From a virus (lineage: Duplodnaviria; Caudoviricetes): a DNA stretch of 64,000 nucleotides. Shown here piece after piece: positions 44,905-55,700 of the stretch. Within the stretch, counting starts at the first letter, position 1, and each line of letters opens with the position of its first letter. The notes below the pieces were generated by a model. That model made no database searches. It had not been told where the DNA came from and was given only the letters and a program-made list of their open reading frames with translations. The DNA lies in IMG/VR virus record IMGVR_UViG_3300033120_000574, positions 1 through 64,000 of that record. One strand, 5' to 3'. The position numbers and the translations under genes were made by a program.

Positions 44905-46813
44905 CCTTTATGGAAGTTATTCCATCCTTTTTAATTACTGTCAATGTTTGTGTGAACAAATCACTGAAATCTGGGCGGTGAGTAACAACGAACACCGTCT
45001 TGTACCTGGACTTTTGGTCGTTCAGCAAGCGGACTATAGCTTCTGTACCGGACCTGTCAATCGACTCGAAAGGCTCATCTAGGAAGCGCCAAGGAAGCTG
45101 TTTGGCGGTTCTAAACTGTGCAAGGTCTCCAAGTGCAAGGGACACGATCAAGTCGATTCTAGCGCGTTCCCCAGTGCTGGCACCCTTGTATGAGTTGGAC
45201 CCATGCTGGTACTCACAGTTTACTGAGAACTTGTCTTTCTCCACACCCGTTTTGAGTGTGCTCTTTGTGGAGAAAGACACTTTGAGTTCTCCACTTGTGA
45301 GTATGTTGCTGTAGTACGCTGCTCGGTCGTTTAGAATAGGTGTAACAAAATCCAACATGTAGCTTCGCAGACCAGCAGGACCAAAACCAGTTACCCAAAA
45401 TTGGTACAGTGAAAGTTGCTTTTGAGTCTCTTCCTCTTGTGTACTTAACGCAGAGAGGCTTTCCTCACAAGAAACTAGCGTCGCTTTGAGTGCATCAAAC
45501 TTCTCTGTGTAAGAAGAGTTGCTTTTCTTAGCTTCCAGTAAAGCAACTTCTTCCTTAGCTCGATTAAGCTTTAGGTTGCGTAAGTCAGTTTGTATTACCT
45601 TGCTCTTCCACTGGTTCTCCGTTTGCAAAGCATATTCATCCTCTGCAATCTTGTTCTTAGATTCGAGAGTTTCACAAAACTTTAGATGCTCTTTAGTTTG
45701 CTGCTCAAGCTGAGCGGTCAACTTAAGCAAGTCTTGTTTTAGAGTTTCATCAAACTTGAATAGCCTTGTGTACTCGCTTTGTGCTTGTTGAAGCAAGCAG
45801 GCGTGCTTTTCCGCAGGAAGCGATTGTTCACAATGAACACAGTCTGTTTGACTTTTTGTCTTCTCAAGCAAAGAGGCGTGTTGTGTAACAGTGGCGCTAG
45901 AAACAGCTAGTTTGTTCTTGGTGCTGTGTATTTTATCTTCAATAGCTTTAGTTTGTTTCTCTTGCTGCTTTGTGTAGTCACTAGTTAGCTTTTGTATAGC
46001 TGCTAATGCTGACTTTGCAGCTGCATAATCAACATCTGTGTTGGCATAGATGGCAAGAGACTTCTCATGCTCTGCTATCTCTGCATTTGTTTGTGTAAGA
46101 GCAGCTTCACACTGTGTAACTATCTCTTCTTGTCTAGCTTCTCGATCTTGAATAAGTTGCTCAAGGTCAGCCATGTGGCGTTGCGTAGACGCAACCTCTA
46201 CTTCAAGAGCTTTCTTCTTTGCTTGCAGTCCAGCTATCACAAGTTCTAGGTCTTTTGATTTTTGCTTAGCGAGGTCACCAGCTGCAGCAAGTTGCTTGGT
46301 TTGTAAAAGAGACTCTAGAATATCTTTGACCGCCTTATCTGTCATCTTGGCAACTTTAATGCCAGTTCCAGGCATCATTGCACAGAATGTAGTGAAGTCG
46401 AAACCTACGATCTGGTTAACTAGCTCTTGCGTTGCTGCCATGCTAGGCGCGGATTGCACTTGCTTTCCATCAATAGCTATAGTCAAATCGTTTGGTTTCT
46501 TTGAGGAAGTGTCAAGACGATGCCTTGAAACTGTGTACTTTTTACCCTCTACTTGAAAAGTAAGAGCAACCACACAGTCTTTACCAAAAGCACGGTTAAC
46601 TACTTCATCACCAGTTAGGTCACGAATAGTCTCACCCCACAAACACCAACAAATAGCTTCGAGAAGGATCGATTTACCACTGCCATTCGAGTCCGCCAAA
46701 GGCGCATCCGCATTGATACCCTTAATCAAGACCAAGCCTGGCTGGTTGAGGGCAAGTTCAATGTGTTTGATTGAACAAAAGTTACGTATTGAAATGTGAT
46801 GTAGGTCCATCAA
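44888..46813 (-). CDS. SbcC/Rad50/gp46-like recombination ATPase
   Basis: SNGSGKS; coiled coils; CVHC hook; STGE signature; FLDEPF; VVTH. Confidence 0.9.
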   Translation of the reverse strand: MMDLHHISIRNFCSIKHIELALNQPGLVLIKGINADAPLADSNGSGKSILLEAICWCLWGETIRDLTGDEVVNRAFGKDCVVALTFQVEGKKYTVSRHRLDTSSKKPNDLTIAIDGKQVQSAPSMAATQELVNQIVGFDFTTFCAMMPGTGIKVAKMTDKAVKDILESLLQTKQLAAAGDLAKQKSKDLELVIAGLQAKKKALEVEVASTQRHMADLEQLIQDREARQEEIVTQCEAALTQTNAEIAEHEKSLAIYANTDVDYAAAKSALAAIQKLTSDYTKQQEKQTKAIEDKIHSTKNKLAVSSATVTQHASLLEKTKSQTDCVHCEQSLPAEKHACLLQQAQSEYTRLFKFDETLKQDLLKLTAQLEQQTKEHLKFCETLESKNKIAEDEYALQTENQWKSKVIQTDLRNLKLNRAKEEVALLEAKKSNSSYTEKFDALKATLVSCEESLSALSTQEEETQKQLSLYQFWVTGFGPAGLRSYMLDFVTPILNDRAAYYSNILTSGELKVSFSTKSTLKTGVEKDKFSVNCEYQHGSNSYKGASTGERARIDLIVSLALGDLAQFRTAKQLPWRFLDEPFESIDRSGTEAIVRLLNDQKSRYKTVFVVTHRPDFSDLFTQTLTVIKKDGITSIKDDNES

Positions 46814-47934
46814 TCCTCGGAAGCATCAGCAAGCAAAGCATTGCCAGTGGTGATAAGAGATTCTTTTGCAGGAGACGCAGCAGTGTACAGATTGCGTGAG
46901 TCAACCCAACTGGAGACCATCCTAGCCAATGAAAGGTCTGCGTCCAGCACCATTACGTCTGGTGCCTCTTCCGGGGCTGCAATGACTTCGTAGGTGCTGC
47001 TCTTAGCCTTTGAGCGAAGCTTTGTAACCTCATCCAAACTCAAGTTCTTGGGAGCCATGTAGCGCACGAAGTCTATGTCACGTACTTCGGTATCCTCTGA
47101 CTGTGTGACAATAAAGCGTGGTGCTGCTGTAGACTCAATGTGAGTAAAGTCTACATAGTCTCGGTAAACACGAACATGTAGGAAACCACGCTTTGTATTT
47201 GCATCCCCCCAATTGTGTTGGTGCGTGGCGCCTACATACCAACCGTTTTTGAATAGCTGTTGGTGTTCATGGTAATGGCCAAACAAACACAAAGAAAACT
47301 TATCCACTGGCAGGTCTGTAGTAGTTACATCTGAGTCAGACACGAGTACGTAATCAGATCCTACCTTTGCACCTTGAATTCCTAGATGCGAAAACAGCAT
47401 GTGTGGAATTAGTGGTTGCGTAAGATTAGACAGTTCTTGTATTTCTTTGGTAGCCAGCGCACGGTCATCTGTGTATGGCACAAAGGAAAACCTAAGTTGT
47501 TCACCCATTTTACTCATTGGTGTGAGTGTGCTGTTTTCTTTGCCTGCCTCAGTTCGATCAAAAATCACAACATTTGGCAAAGACTTAAAAGTGTGCAGTG
47601 AGTGTACTTTTCCAGCACGGTCAGCGTAATCATGATTTCCAGGCATCATGTAAACCTTGGAATAATACGACAATGACTCTATTGCATCATACATCAAGTT
47701 TGTAGCCAAAGTAGGCACAGAGGACCGTGTATGGAACATGTCTCCACAGAACACTGTGTGTTTGATTTTGTTGGTGCGACAGTAAGCAGTGATTTCATCA
47801 ATCACAAGCTTAGAGGCAAGCAAACGGTCATTTACGAAAACTCCGTTATGTTCCACTTCATGTGACCCGTAGGGAAACGGATGTGCATGGTGATCGGAAA
47901 ATACAACGAACTCGTCAATTACAATGTCAGGCAT
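46810..47934 (-). CDS. SbcD/Mre11/gp47-like nuclease
   Basis: SDHH, GDMFH, GNHD, GHYH. Confidence 0.9.
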   Translation of the reverse strand: MPDIVIDEFVVFSDHHAHPFPYGSHEVEHNGVFVNDRLLASKLVIDEITAYCRTNKIKHTVFCGDMFHTRSSVPTLATNLMYDAIESLSYYSKVYMMPGNHDYADRAGKVHSLHTFKSLPNVVIFDRTEAGKENSTLTPMSKMGEQLRFSFVPYTDDRALATKEIQELSNLTQPLIPHMLFSHLGIQGAKVGSDYVLVSDSDVTTTDLPVDKFSLCLFGHYHEHQQLFKNGWYVGATHQHNWGDANTKRGFLHVRVYRDYVDFTHIESTAAPRFIVTQSEDTEVRDIDFVRYMAPKNLSLDEVTKLRSKAKSSTYEVIAAPEEAPDVMVLDADLSLARMVSSWVDSRNLYTAASPAKESLITTGNALLADASED

Positions 47935-47942
47935 AGTTCTCC

Positions 47943-47980
47943 AAAGAAAGAAGTCCCTCAAATGTTACTTCAAGGGACTT
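47943..47980 (-). terminator. Intrinsic terminator
   Basis: AAGTCCCTTGAA-GTAACA-TTTGAGGGACTT followed by CTTTCTTT on the - strand. Confidence 0.65.
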
Positions 47981-47999
47981 AGGTAAGAATCAATCTAAA

Positions 48000-48845
48000 T
48001 CAAACAAGCTGTTCGCGGTGATAGGTAATCCAACCATTAGGACAGTGCTTGTTCATGTATACATCACTCATGTTCTTAGATTCATCATCTGTAAGCAAAC
48101 GAACATGTGGAGCATACACTTTGTCTTTGAAAGCAAATACTGTTGGAGTAAGACCTAAGTGTGTGAGATTCAGTTTATCATGCTCTAATGATAGCCGCGA
48201 ACACACGATGAATGCTTTAAGGGTTTCCTTATCACCTTCCCATGCATTTCGAATAAGTAAATCATGTTGCTCTTTGTCAACAACTAGCAAAGCTATGTGT
48301 CGTGTAAACTGTGTTGTACTGTTTGGTTCACTACAGTTAAACTCAACTAAAGTGTTGGACTGTTGTTCAAGACTAGCAAGTGTGTATGTAGCGTCTCCTA
48401 TTTGAAGGACTACAGGCTTACCAGTGATACGCATCATTTTATTTTCCATTTCTTATTCTCCACGTGTCTTATCTAGTTTGTAAACAGGGCAACCATAGTG
48501 GTGCCAATCTAACCGTTCTTGCACACACTCTTGGATCGAGTATGCAGGGTTTGCGAGGCGAAGCAACAAGGAAATGAACGCAGGGTGCAATCCGTCGTAC
48601 TTCTTTGGGATCACCTTGTGTTCAATCAAGTGCTCACCTAGTGTTGGTGCACGTCTAAGCTCCGCTATCACATTATCCGCAAAGCCTTTCTTCCAGTGTG
48701 GTGAACCGCCTTCCTCTTGCTTTCGCGCTTCCTTCTTTTGCTGTGCAACTTTGCAAAATTCAATGTTCTTACATTCATCTGTGGTTTGGTGACCACATCC
48801 ATTACAGCTATTCTGCATCTTCAGGGATCTCCTCTTCAGTTTCAA
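48000..48845 (-). CDS. Two hypothetical ORFs (48000..48449; 48453..~48818)
   Basis: ORF track. Confidence 0.55.
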
Positions 48846-51180
48846 ACACGATAGGCTCAGTCAAAGGAACTGCTTGACTTCCTGTTGTTGCTTCAGGCAA
48901 ACGAGCTTGCTTCTTGATCTCCATTTCTAGAGACTCCATAAGGTCTGGATGTTCTTCAAGATAAGCACACAGTTTCTTGTGTCCTTGTGCAATGAGTTCA
49001 CCTTGATAGGAATACCATGCACCTGCTTTCTCCACAAGATTGTAGTACACAGAGAGCGTGGCAATGTCGTTTGATTTAGATACACCTTTACCGTAGTAGA
49101 TTTCAAAGTCTACTTCACGGAATGGAGGTGCAATCTTGTTCTTGATAATCTTGACGTGTGTCAAGTTTCCAACAACACGATCACCTTCTTTGATGGCCTC
49201 TTTCTTACGGATATCTAGACGCTGAGATGCGTAGAACTTAAGTGCGTTTCCACCTGTTGTAGTCTCAGGAGAACCGAACATAACTCCAATCTTCATACGC
49301 AACTGGTTGATGAAGAAGATCAATGTATTTGTCTTGTCCGCAATAGCTGTGAGCTTACGAAGAGCTTGACTCATCAAACGAGCTTGCAAACCCATTTGTG
49401 CAGTGCCCATGTCCGCATCCAACTCAGCTTGCGGCACTAGTGCGGCCACAGAGTCGAGCACAACGATGTCAAAGCCACCAGAGCTGATTAGCTCTTCCAT
49501 GACGGTTAGCGCCTGCTCAGCGGAGTCTGGTTGGCTCAGGACAAGCTTATCCATGTCTACGCCTAGTTGCCTAGCGTACGATGGTGACAAGGCGTGTTCA
49601 GCGTCTACAAAGGCTGCTGCACCACCAAGCTTTTGAATCTCTGCAATAGCGTGCAAAGTCAGCGTAGTGTTGTGCGTTACAACACCGTTTGCAATGAATG
49701 AGTGTGTTTCACTCATTTCAAAGTCAAAGGTAGGTTCCTCACCAGCAGGAGAGACTCCTACTACAGCTACGTAAACATAGTGTTGTTCCGCTATTTCCCG
49801 CAACCTAGCAAGCACTGGCCCTTCCTGCCAGTCAAGACTCAAAATCTCTTTAAGTTTTGCGTAAGTTGGAGAATGCCCGCCTCTAGTATAGTCACCAACT
49901 AGACCATCATGCATTCTAGAAGTTTCACTCATGCCATACAAATCAGTGAGCAAAGACGTGAGATTGGGAATCAAGTCAATAGTAGATTTCACACAAGGCT
50001 TAACTTGGTATTCGTTTTTTCGAATATCAGATTTAAAACCTATGTAGGTATTATAGGCTGCATAGGAAGGTCCAGAGATATTCAAACGCCAATAAGAAGA
50101 GTTTGGGTACTTTGCCACAGGTTTAGGAAACACAGTAGAGTGCACGCCAAAACAAAGTAGTGCTATCTGTACTTCACTAAGAAGTTTTTTAGAGGCAGAG
50201 CAAACTTCGATAGTTGTTCGTTCTGTGTCGATGTGTGATTCACAGTCAACATAGCCCATTAGGAATGATCGAAGACTAGCTAGGTCATTCCTAATCTTTG
50301 GGGGAATGAATTTAGAGGAAGCTACTCCCATAACTAAACCAGTTTCCTCCCTAAAACGAACACTGCCCTCTGTGCTGTTAAAATGGTACTCAACTGTATT
50401 GTTTTGTGTACGAGGATATACTTTTGGTGCTGCGAAACCAAAAGTATTTTGCATTTCAGTAAGAACAACGTTAGTTACTACAGGATCATTGTTTGTGAAA
50501 GATACTCGGCTATCTGTAGAGAGGCAAGAGTCTGCCACAACACAACCCAATGCGTACGCACTGGAAACAAACTCTGTGTGTTGTGGAGTTTCTCGCAGCT
50601 TCAGCAACACATCACCCTCAGATATTTCACTGGTACGCTTCCATACCCAGTTTCCCGTTGGGCTCATGGTCAAATGTGGGTGATTGTGAGTACTCGTAAT
50701 GCTACTTCCATCTGCTAGGTCAACACGTGAGACTTCTCGCAAACCGTTATTAGTAAACTTTACAGTACGCTCTGGCAAACCAACACGGTTTAGCAACGTA
50801 ACAGACTTTTCTGTCACACGAGTTGTACAACTCGCTGCAAGATCATTTTCTGTGAAAAGTTCCTCTATAGTCTGTATACCTGTATTTGTGCGGATATAGG
50901 TATCTTTGGTCAAACACTTGCCGCTAGCTTCAGGTCCAAAGATTTCAACAATCCTTCCACGTGGGTAGCCACCGCCAAGAGCAACGTCCAAGCTAATCGA
51001 ACCACTTGGTGTGCAAGACACGTTTGGCAATGGATGCTTTGAAAACTCAAACACTGTGCCGCTACCAAAACGCTTATTCAATGAAGTCAGTGCAGCTTGT
51101 CTAGCTTCCTCTTTGTTAGAGTGCACTACCTTGATTTCCTTGATCTTAGGTTCTTTCTTCTCTGCTTTTTCTTTTGCCAT
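48808..51180 (-). CDS. recA: RecA recombinase with intein
   Basis: [20 protein letters not shown]|TTL; DAEHAL; DSVAAL; [11 protein letters not shown]; [10 protein letters not shown]. Confidence 0.95.
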   Translation of the reverse strand: MAKEKAEKKEPKIKEIKVVHSNKEEARQAALTSLNKRFGSGTVFEFSKHPLPNVSCTPSGSISLDVALGGGYPRGRIVEIFGPEASGKCLTKDTYIRTNTGIQTIEELFTENDLAASCTTRVTEKSVTLLNRVGLPERTVKFTNNGLREVSRVDLADGSSITSTHNHPHLTMSPTGNWVWKRTSEISEGDVLLKLRETPQHTEFVSSAYALGCVVADSCLSTDSRVSFTNNDPVVTNVVLTEMQNTFGFAAPKVYPRTQNNTVEYHFNSTEGSVRFREETGLVMGVASSKFIPPKIRNDLASLRSFLMGYVDCESHIDTERTTIEVCSASKKLLSEVQIALLCFGVHSTVFPKPVAKYPNSSYWRLNISGPSYAAYNTYIGFKSDIRKNEYQVKPCVKSTIDLIPNLTSLLTDLYGMSETSRMHDGLVGDYTRGGHSPTYAKLKEILSLDWQEGPVLARLREIAEQHYVYVAVVGVSPAGEEPTFDFEMSETHSFIANGVVTHNTTLTLHAIAEIQKLGGAAAFVDAEHALSPSYARQLGVDMDKLVLSQPDSAEQALTVMEELISSGGFDIVVLDSVAALVPQAELDADMGTAQMGLQARLMSQALRKLTAIADKTNTLIFFINQLRMKIGVMFGSPETTTGGNALKFYASQRLDIRKKEAIKEGDRVVGNLTHVKIIKNKIAPPFREVDFEIYYGKGVSKSNDIATLSVYYNLVEKAGAWYSYQGELIAQGHKKLCAYLEEHPDLMESLEMEIKKQARLPEATTGSQAVPLTEPIVFETEEEIPEDAE
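49669..50916 (-). mobile_element. Intein (416 aa, LAGLIDADG-type) inside the RecA Walker A motif
   Basis: GK|CLTKDT...FLMGYVDCE...[12 protein letters not shown]|T. Confidence 0.9.
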
Positions 51181-51205
51181 TTTCTTGATTCCGTTCTTTG
51201 TATTT

Positions 51206-51252
51206 AAAAAGAAAGAGGACCCGATGAGTGAACACCAGATCCTCTCACTCAT
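51206..51252 (-). terminator. Terminator with a competing alternative hairpin, between ssb and recA
   Basis: GAGGATCTGGTG-TTCACT-CATCGGGTCCTC followed by TTTCTTTTT; alternative pairing ATGAGTGAG/TTCACTCAT. Confidence 0.7.
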
Positions 51253-51263
51253 GTTTTGATAGA

Positions 51264-52190
51264 TCAGCCTAGTTGAGCACGCATCTCAGCAGCCAAGTCT
51301 GCATCGTCATCGTCTTCCTTGATGGCAGTTCCACCAAGTGACCAACCAGGATTGCCTGCGTTACCAGTACCTGTTGGCATCGCTCCTGCATTACCACCTG
51401 GAGTATTTGCAGGAAGAACACCCTTGATATAGGACGCAGCCTTACCCTCTGACAAGACCTTAAGCATTTCTGCTACAGTCTGGAAAGAACGACCAACGTT
51501 TGCAAGGTTTGGAATTGTGAAGTCAACTGGAAGTGGAACCTTTGTTGGCTTCATTTCTGGAGTTACTGTGTACTTGGTGTTCAAGCCATCACCAGACTTG
51601 GTAATCTGAATGTTGTGTCCAGCTTCCAAATCTGTAATGTCCAACTCATTGCTGAGTACTAGAGTAGCAATACCCTCGTACACAGTAGAAGTTGCTGCGT
51701 AAACCTGTACCTTGGGATCTCCGACTGCAAATGGAGCCTCAGTCTCAGGGCGTGTGTTCTTCCACTCAGTAAGATCCTTACTGGTGTAGAGCGGATCCTT
51801 CAAGTCGATGATTGACATGTTATACGCAACCTTCGCCTTGAAATCTTTAGCAAGCTCTTGAGCTTCTGGATTTGACTTCTGTGACTTCAACTGTTCAACA
51901 AGTGCACAGATTGGACAGTCAGTGTCAGTCGCGCCAGGAGTCTTTGCGGGGCAAAGAACAGGTCCAGCCTTCTCAGGTCCGGCATTCCAATGCTGCCATA
52001 CTTCACGCCAAAATGATCCAGCGTAAAATCCCTCGTCAGTCCATGGTGGAAGAATACGAACCTTATTCACACCCTTCTGTGGCTTCCAATACTTAAGTGC
52101 TGTAGTCTCGCCCCCTCCACGTGTCATTCGTGCTTGTACTTCAGCGTGAGCCTTCTTCAACTTTTCATTCATTACGGAATCGAGTGCCAT
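51264..52190 (-). CDS. Single-stranded DNA-binding protein (T4 gp32-like)
   Basis: VRILP, H...CP...DCPIC zinc site, TKY, acidic C-terminal tail. Confidence 0.8.
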   Translation of the reverse strand: MALDSVMNEKLKKAHAEVQARMTRGGGETTALKYWKPQKGVNKVRILPPWTDEGFYAGSFWREVWQHWNAGPEKAGPVLCPAKTPGATDTDCPICALVEQLKSQKSNPEAQELAKDFKAKVAYNMSIIDLKDPLYTSKDLTEWKNTRPETEAPFAVGDPKVQVYAATSTVYEGIATLVLSNELDITDLEAGHNIQITKSGDGLNTKYTVTPEMKPTKVPLPVDFTIPNLANVGRSFQTVAEMLKVLSEGKAASYIKGVLPANTPGGNAGAMPTGTGNAGNPGWSLGGTAIKEDDDDADLAAEMRAQLG

Positions 52191-52251
52191 TTGTTTTATT
52201 TCTTTCTTTGTTTACTAGTTTCTACCAGTTAAGGTAGGTTTGGTTAGCGAC

Positions 52252-52279
52252 AGTCTACCACATTGTGAACTGTCGTCAA
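52252..52279 (-). promoter_or_regulatory. Sigma70-like promoter upstream of ssb
   Basis: TTGACG-16 nt-TAGACT with extended TG. Confidence 0.5.
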
Positions 52280-52286
52280 CGAAGTC

Positions 52287-52769
52287 TTAGCGGTTACGCA
52301 TCTCATTTGATAGCAAGGTAGTATCCGCACGGAACTCAGTACGGAAGTTAGCTCCCAAGGAAACTAACATCTCTTTGCGTGCAGCCATCGCATCTCGTGC
52401 AGCCTTTAGAACACCAAGTTCACGCTCAGCTTCCATGCATTCATCTTGCATTGCAACGTACGTGTCATCGATGATTACGCTGTTCTCTACCATCTTCTCA
52501 GTCATTTTCAAGCCTGATAGGTGGGCTTCTTGTCGTTTCTGAATGTCGAGAACTGCGTACTGTCTCTTCAGGTTAATCTCTAGTCGTCTAAGTTTATCAG
52601 CAGCAAGCTCGAAACAAGTAGAGTAATAAGCAAAGCGCTCGCTATGTTCAGCAAACTCAACAGACAAATCTGTGCGGTTAATGTACAAATGATCATCGAG
52701 TTCGCTTGTGTATGTGATTTCGCCTACAGTGTGCGTGGGTGCAAGTTCAGTTAATTTTGGTCGTGTCAT
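52287..52769 (-). CDS. UvsY-like recombination mediator
   Basis: Helical; K.TEK.VE..V..D..Y; RKEMLVSLGA; located between pol and ssb. Confidence 0.6.
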   Translation of the reverse strand: MTRPKLTELAPTHTVGEITYTSELDDHLYINRTDLSVEFAEHSERFAYYSTCFELAADKLRRLEINLKRQYAVLDIQKRQEAHLSGLKMTEKMVENSVIIDDTYVAMQDECMEAERELGVLKAARDAMAARKEMLVSLGANFRTEFRADTTLLSNEMRNR

Positions 52770-52792
52770 AACTTCCTTTTAGTACAGATTTT

Positions 52793-55700
52793 CTAAAAGT
52801 GAAGCGATTTCTTGTCGCCCCAAGATGTTTCACTATAAGAGAATTCTGCGATAATATCGATTGCAAACTTCCAGTCTTCCATAGCTTTCTTGATAGCAGG
52901 AAGTAAGTCCATTTCAGACTTATGCATATAGATTTGTACTTCGTCATGTACAAAGTTGACAAGTTTGCTCTTCTTACCCTTCAGGATGTTCCTGATACGC
53001 ACTACGGCAACCTTGAACAAATCAGCTGCAGTGTTGTGTTGCACCAACCCACGACAAATATACGAATGGTCTTCTCCATGTAGTTCAAGATCCATAGTTG
53101 GAAGAACTCCCTTTGGATTGATCTCAAGAATAGTTGCCCAATCCAGTTTTAGCAGGTCGCGAAGATTGGTTTCAACCGCACCAACTTTATCTAGTAATGC
53201 AAGGGCGGTATATTTGTTCATGCGCAAGGATTTGACTGCAACTCGCTCAGACTTGGTGAGAAGCAACCAGTTACTTGAGCCGCTGACTGCTTGTTTCACA
53301 GCAGCAAGTAGCTCTCTTGGAAGCTTACTTTTCGTAAACTTTTGTGTAGCATGGGTCAATGCATGCTGTTGCTTATAGTCAAGGCCATGGATAACTACTT
53401 GTGTGTAAGCTTCCAGGTGTTCCTGGCGAATAAGAACCCGGTAATAGCCCGCATCTTCTTTGAGACGAGACTGTATGCCTAATGACTGTAGTAGCAACTG
53501 TACAGACTCTGCGACCTGTTTTACCTTGTTAGTAAACCCAATACATTGTCCATTCAAGCCACCATCGGTGTCCATAAGCCCACGAAGTACTGCTGCTCGA
53601 ATAGCTCTCGGCTGCGTCTGCAACCAAGAGGGAACTACTTTGTCTAGCTTGGAAACACGTTCCAATCCAAGAGAAAGCAATGCTTCCCGTGCTTCTTTGT
53701 TTTCTACGGAAACAACGTAATTTATGTTTCCAGTGGACTTAACAACGGTTCTTAGTTTTGGTGTAGTTTGTGGAAACACACGTAAGACAAGGGCTTGTAC
53801 ATATTCAGCCCAGTCTTTAGACAAGCCACAAGAAACTGTGAACACGTTTCTAATGTGTTCTTTATTTCTTGTGCCATTGATCCCTCTTACTATTCCGTAA
53901 GAACCATCACCCACCAAAATACCAATCAACTCCGCCATGTCTTCAGTAGTCTTAGCTTGGCCACCTTCTACATTTGCGGTCAAACCAACAACTTGTTGAC
54001 CAACAGACAAATCGCAGATGGATTTAAACTCCAAATCCATTGTAGCTGGATCAAGTACAAAGAACTTGTGTTCCGTAGAACAAATCCCTGTTGAGATACT
54101 TGTTACTACTTCCACAGATGCTTTCTCACCAGTATCCAAAACTGTGTAGTTCTCTTCTGTACCTGTGTATGTCACCAGTGGGGGCTTGCCCAACTCTTCA
54201 AGCTTGTTCAACGGCACATAACCTTGAGTAGTTAATACCGGTGCGTTTGGATCTTGGCAGCCCTGTACCAGGAAGTTAACCCCTTGTCTAGCTGCACGTG
54301 CTTCCATCCAACGCAGTGTCTTATCCCTTGTGACTTTAGAAATGTTGGCATGTGGCAGATGACGTACACGACCAAAGTAGTTTGTTACCTGCAAGTCTCT
54401 AGCAACAAGTGCTTTTCCTTGAGAAACAAACTGGCGCACGCCCACATATTTATCTAGATACTGGTCAATATACCCTTGGCAGATTCCAACCCACTCTTCG
54501 TCGGATGCATCTTTGTATTTGCTAGGACGCTCAATCTGCTCCGAGAGCCCAGGTGCTCCAACACCATAGATAATGCCGAAGTTGATACGCTTCGCAACAC
54601 CACGAAGCAATGAGTATTCCTTATACATAGGATGGTTCTCATCCTTGAGTATTTCGGACACAGCTTCTACGTCTAGACCCCACATCTCACAGAACGTGCG
54701 CGTGTGAACGTCCTGGTTTCTTCTATATGCATCAAGAAGTAAAGGATCTTGAGAATAGTGTGCAGTTAAGCGTACTTCTATTTGGGAGTAGTCGGCAAAT
54801 ACATAGATGTACTCATCACTCCACGGAACAAAGGCTTTACGAATGCTTTTATTGCGTGCAGGAATGTTTTGGAGGTTTGGATCCTGTGACGACATGCGTC
54901 CAGTAGCAACGTTTTGATTAAACGAACAGTGAAGTACGTCCTCGTTGCTGATCTTCTCGAAAATACCGTCTACATATGTGTTCTTTGTCTTGAGAACTTC
55001 ACGCAAAGACAGGATTGCCTTTACAATCTCGTGTTTTGACTTGAGTTTCTCAAGAACTTTCTTATCTAGAACGTATTTCTTACCCTCATCGTCGTCTTCT
55101 AGATGTGCAGTGGCCTCTGTTGCCTTTGTAAGCTTCACTCCCTTGTCTTGTAGCGCCTCTGCAAGCTGCTGCACGGACTTGAGATTGATGTCACCAAGCT
55201 CAGCCTTGATAATGGTTGTCAGTTCTTCTATACGGGCGTCTAGAATCTTTCCAGTTTCGACTAGATGTGCACGAGAAACGCGCATGCCATGTTCTTCTGC
55301 TTCAAAGAGAGCAAGAAGAAGGTTCATTTCGTTCTTATACAGTGCAGTTAAGCCTGCAGTCCATGTAATGTTCCTTACACAGTACTCATACACACGATAA
55401 GTAAGATACGTATCTAGTGCTGCGTACTCCGTCATCAAAGAAATAGGAATAAATCCGTAATGGATATCTTCTTTTCCTGATTTTGCATACTCGTGGTCTA
55501 CTAACTCTTTAGCAATGTGCTTTTTTAGCTCATTGCGCTTCATATGTTGAAACTCAATTTGCTTACAACGAATATCTGCTTCGGCCATTACAAGCTTACG
55601 AAACAGATCTCTACGTAAACGAGACTCACGTGTGCGCCACTCTGAGAGTTGCTTCTCTTTGACGGATGCTGCGCCATCCACGATGCCCTTATGCCAACGA

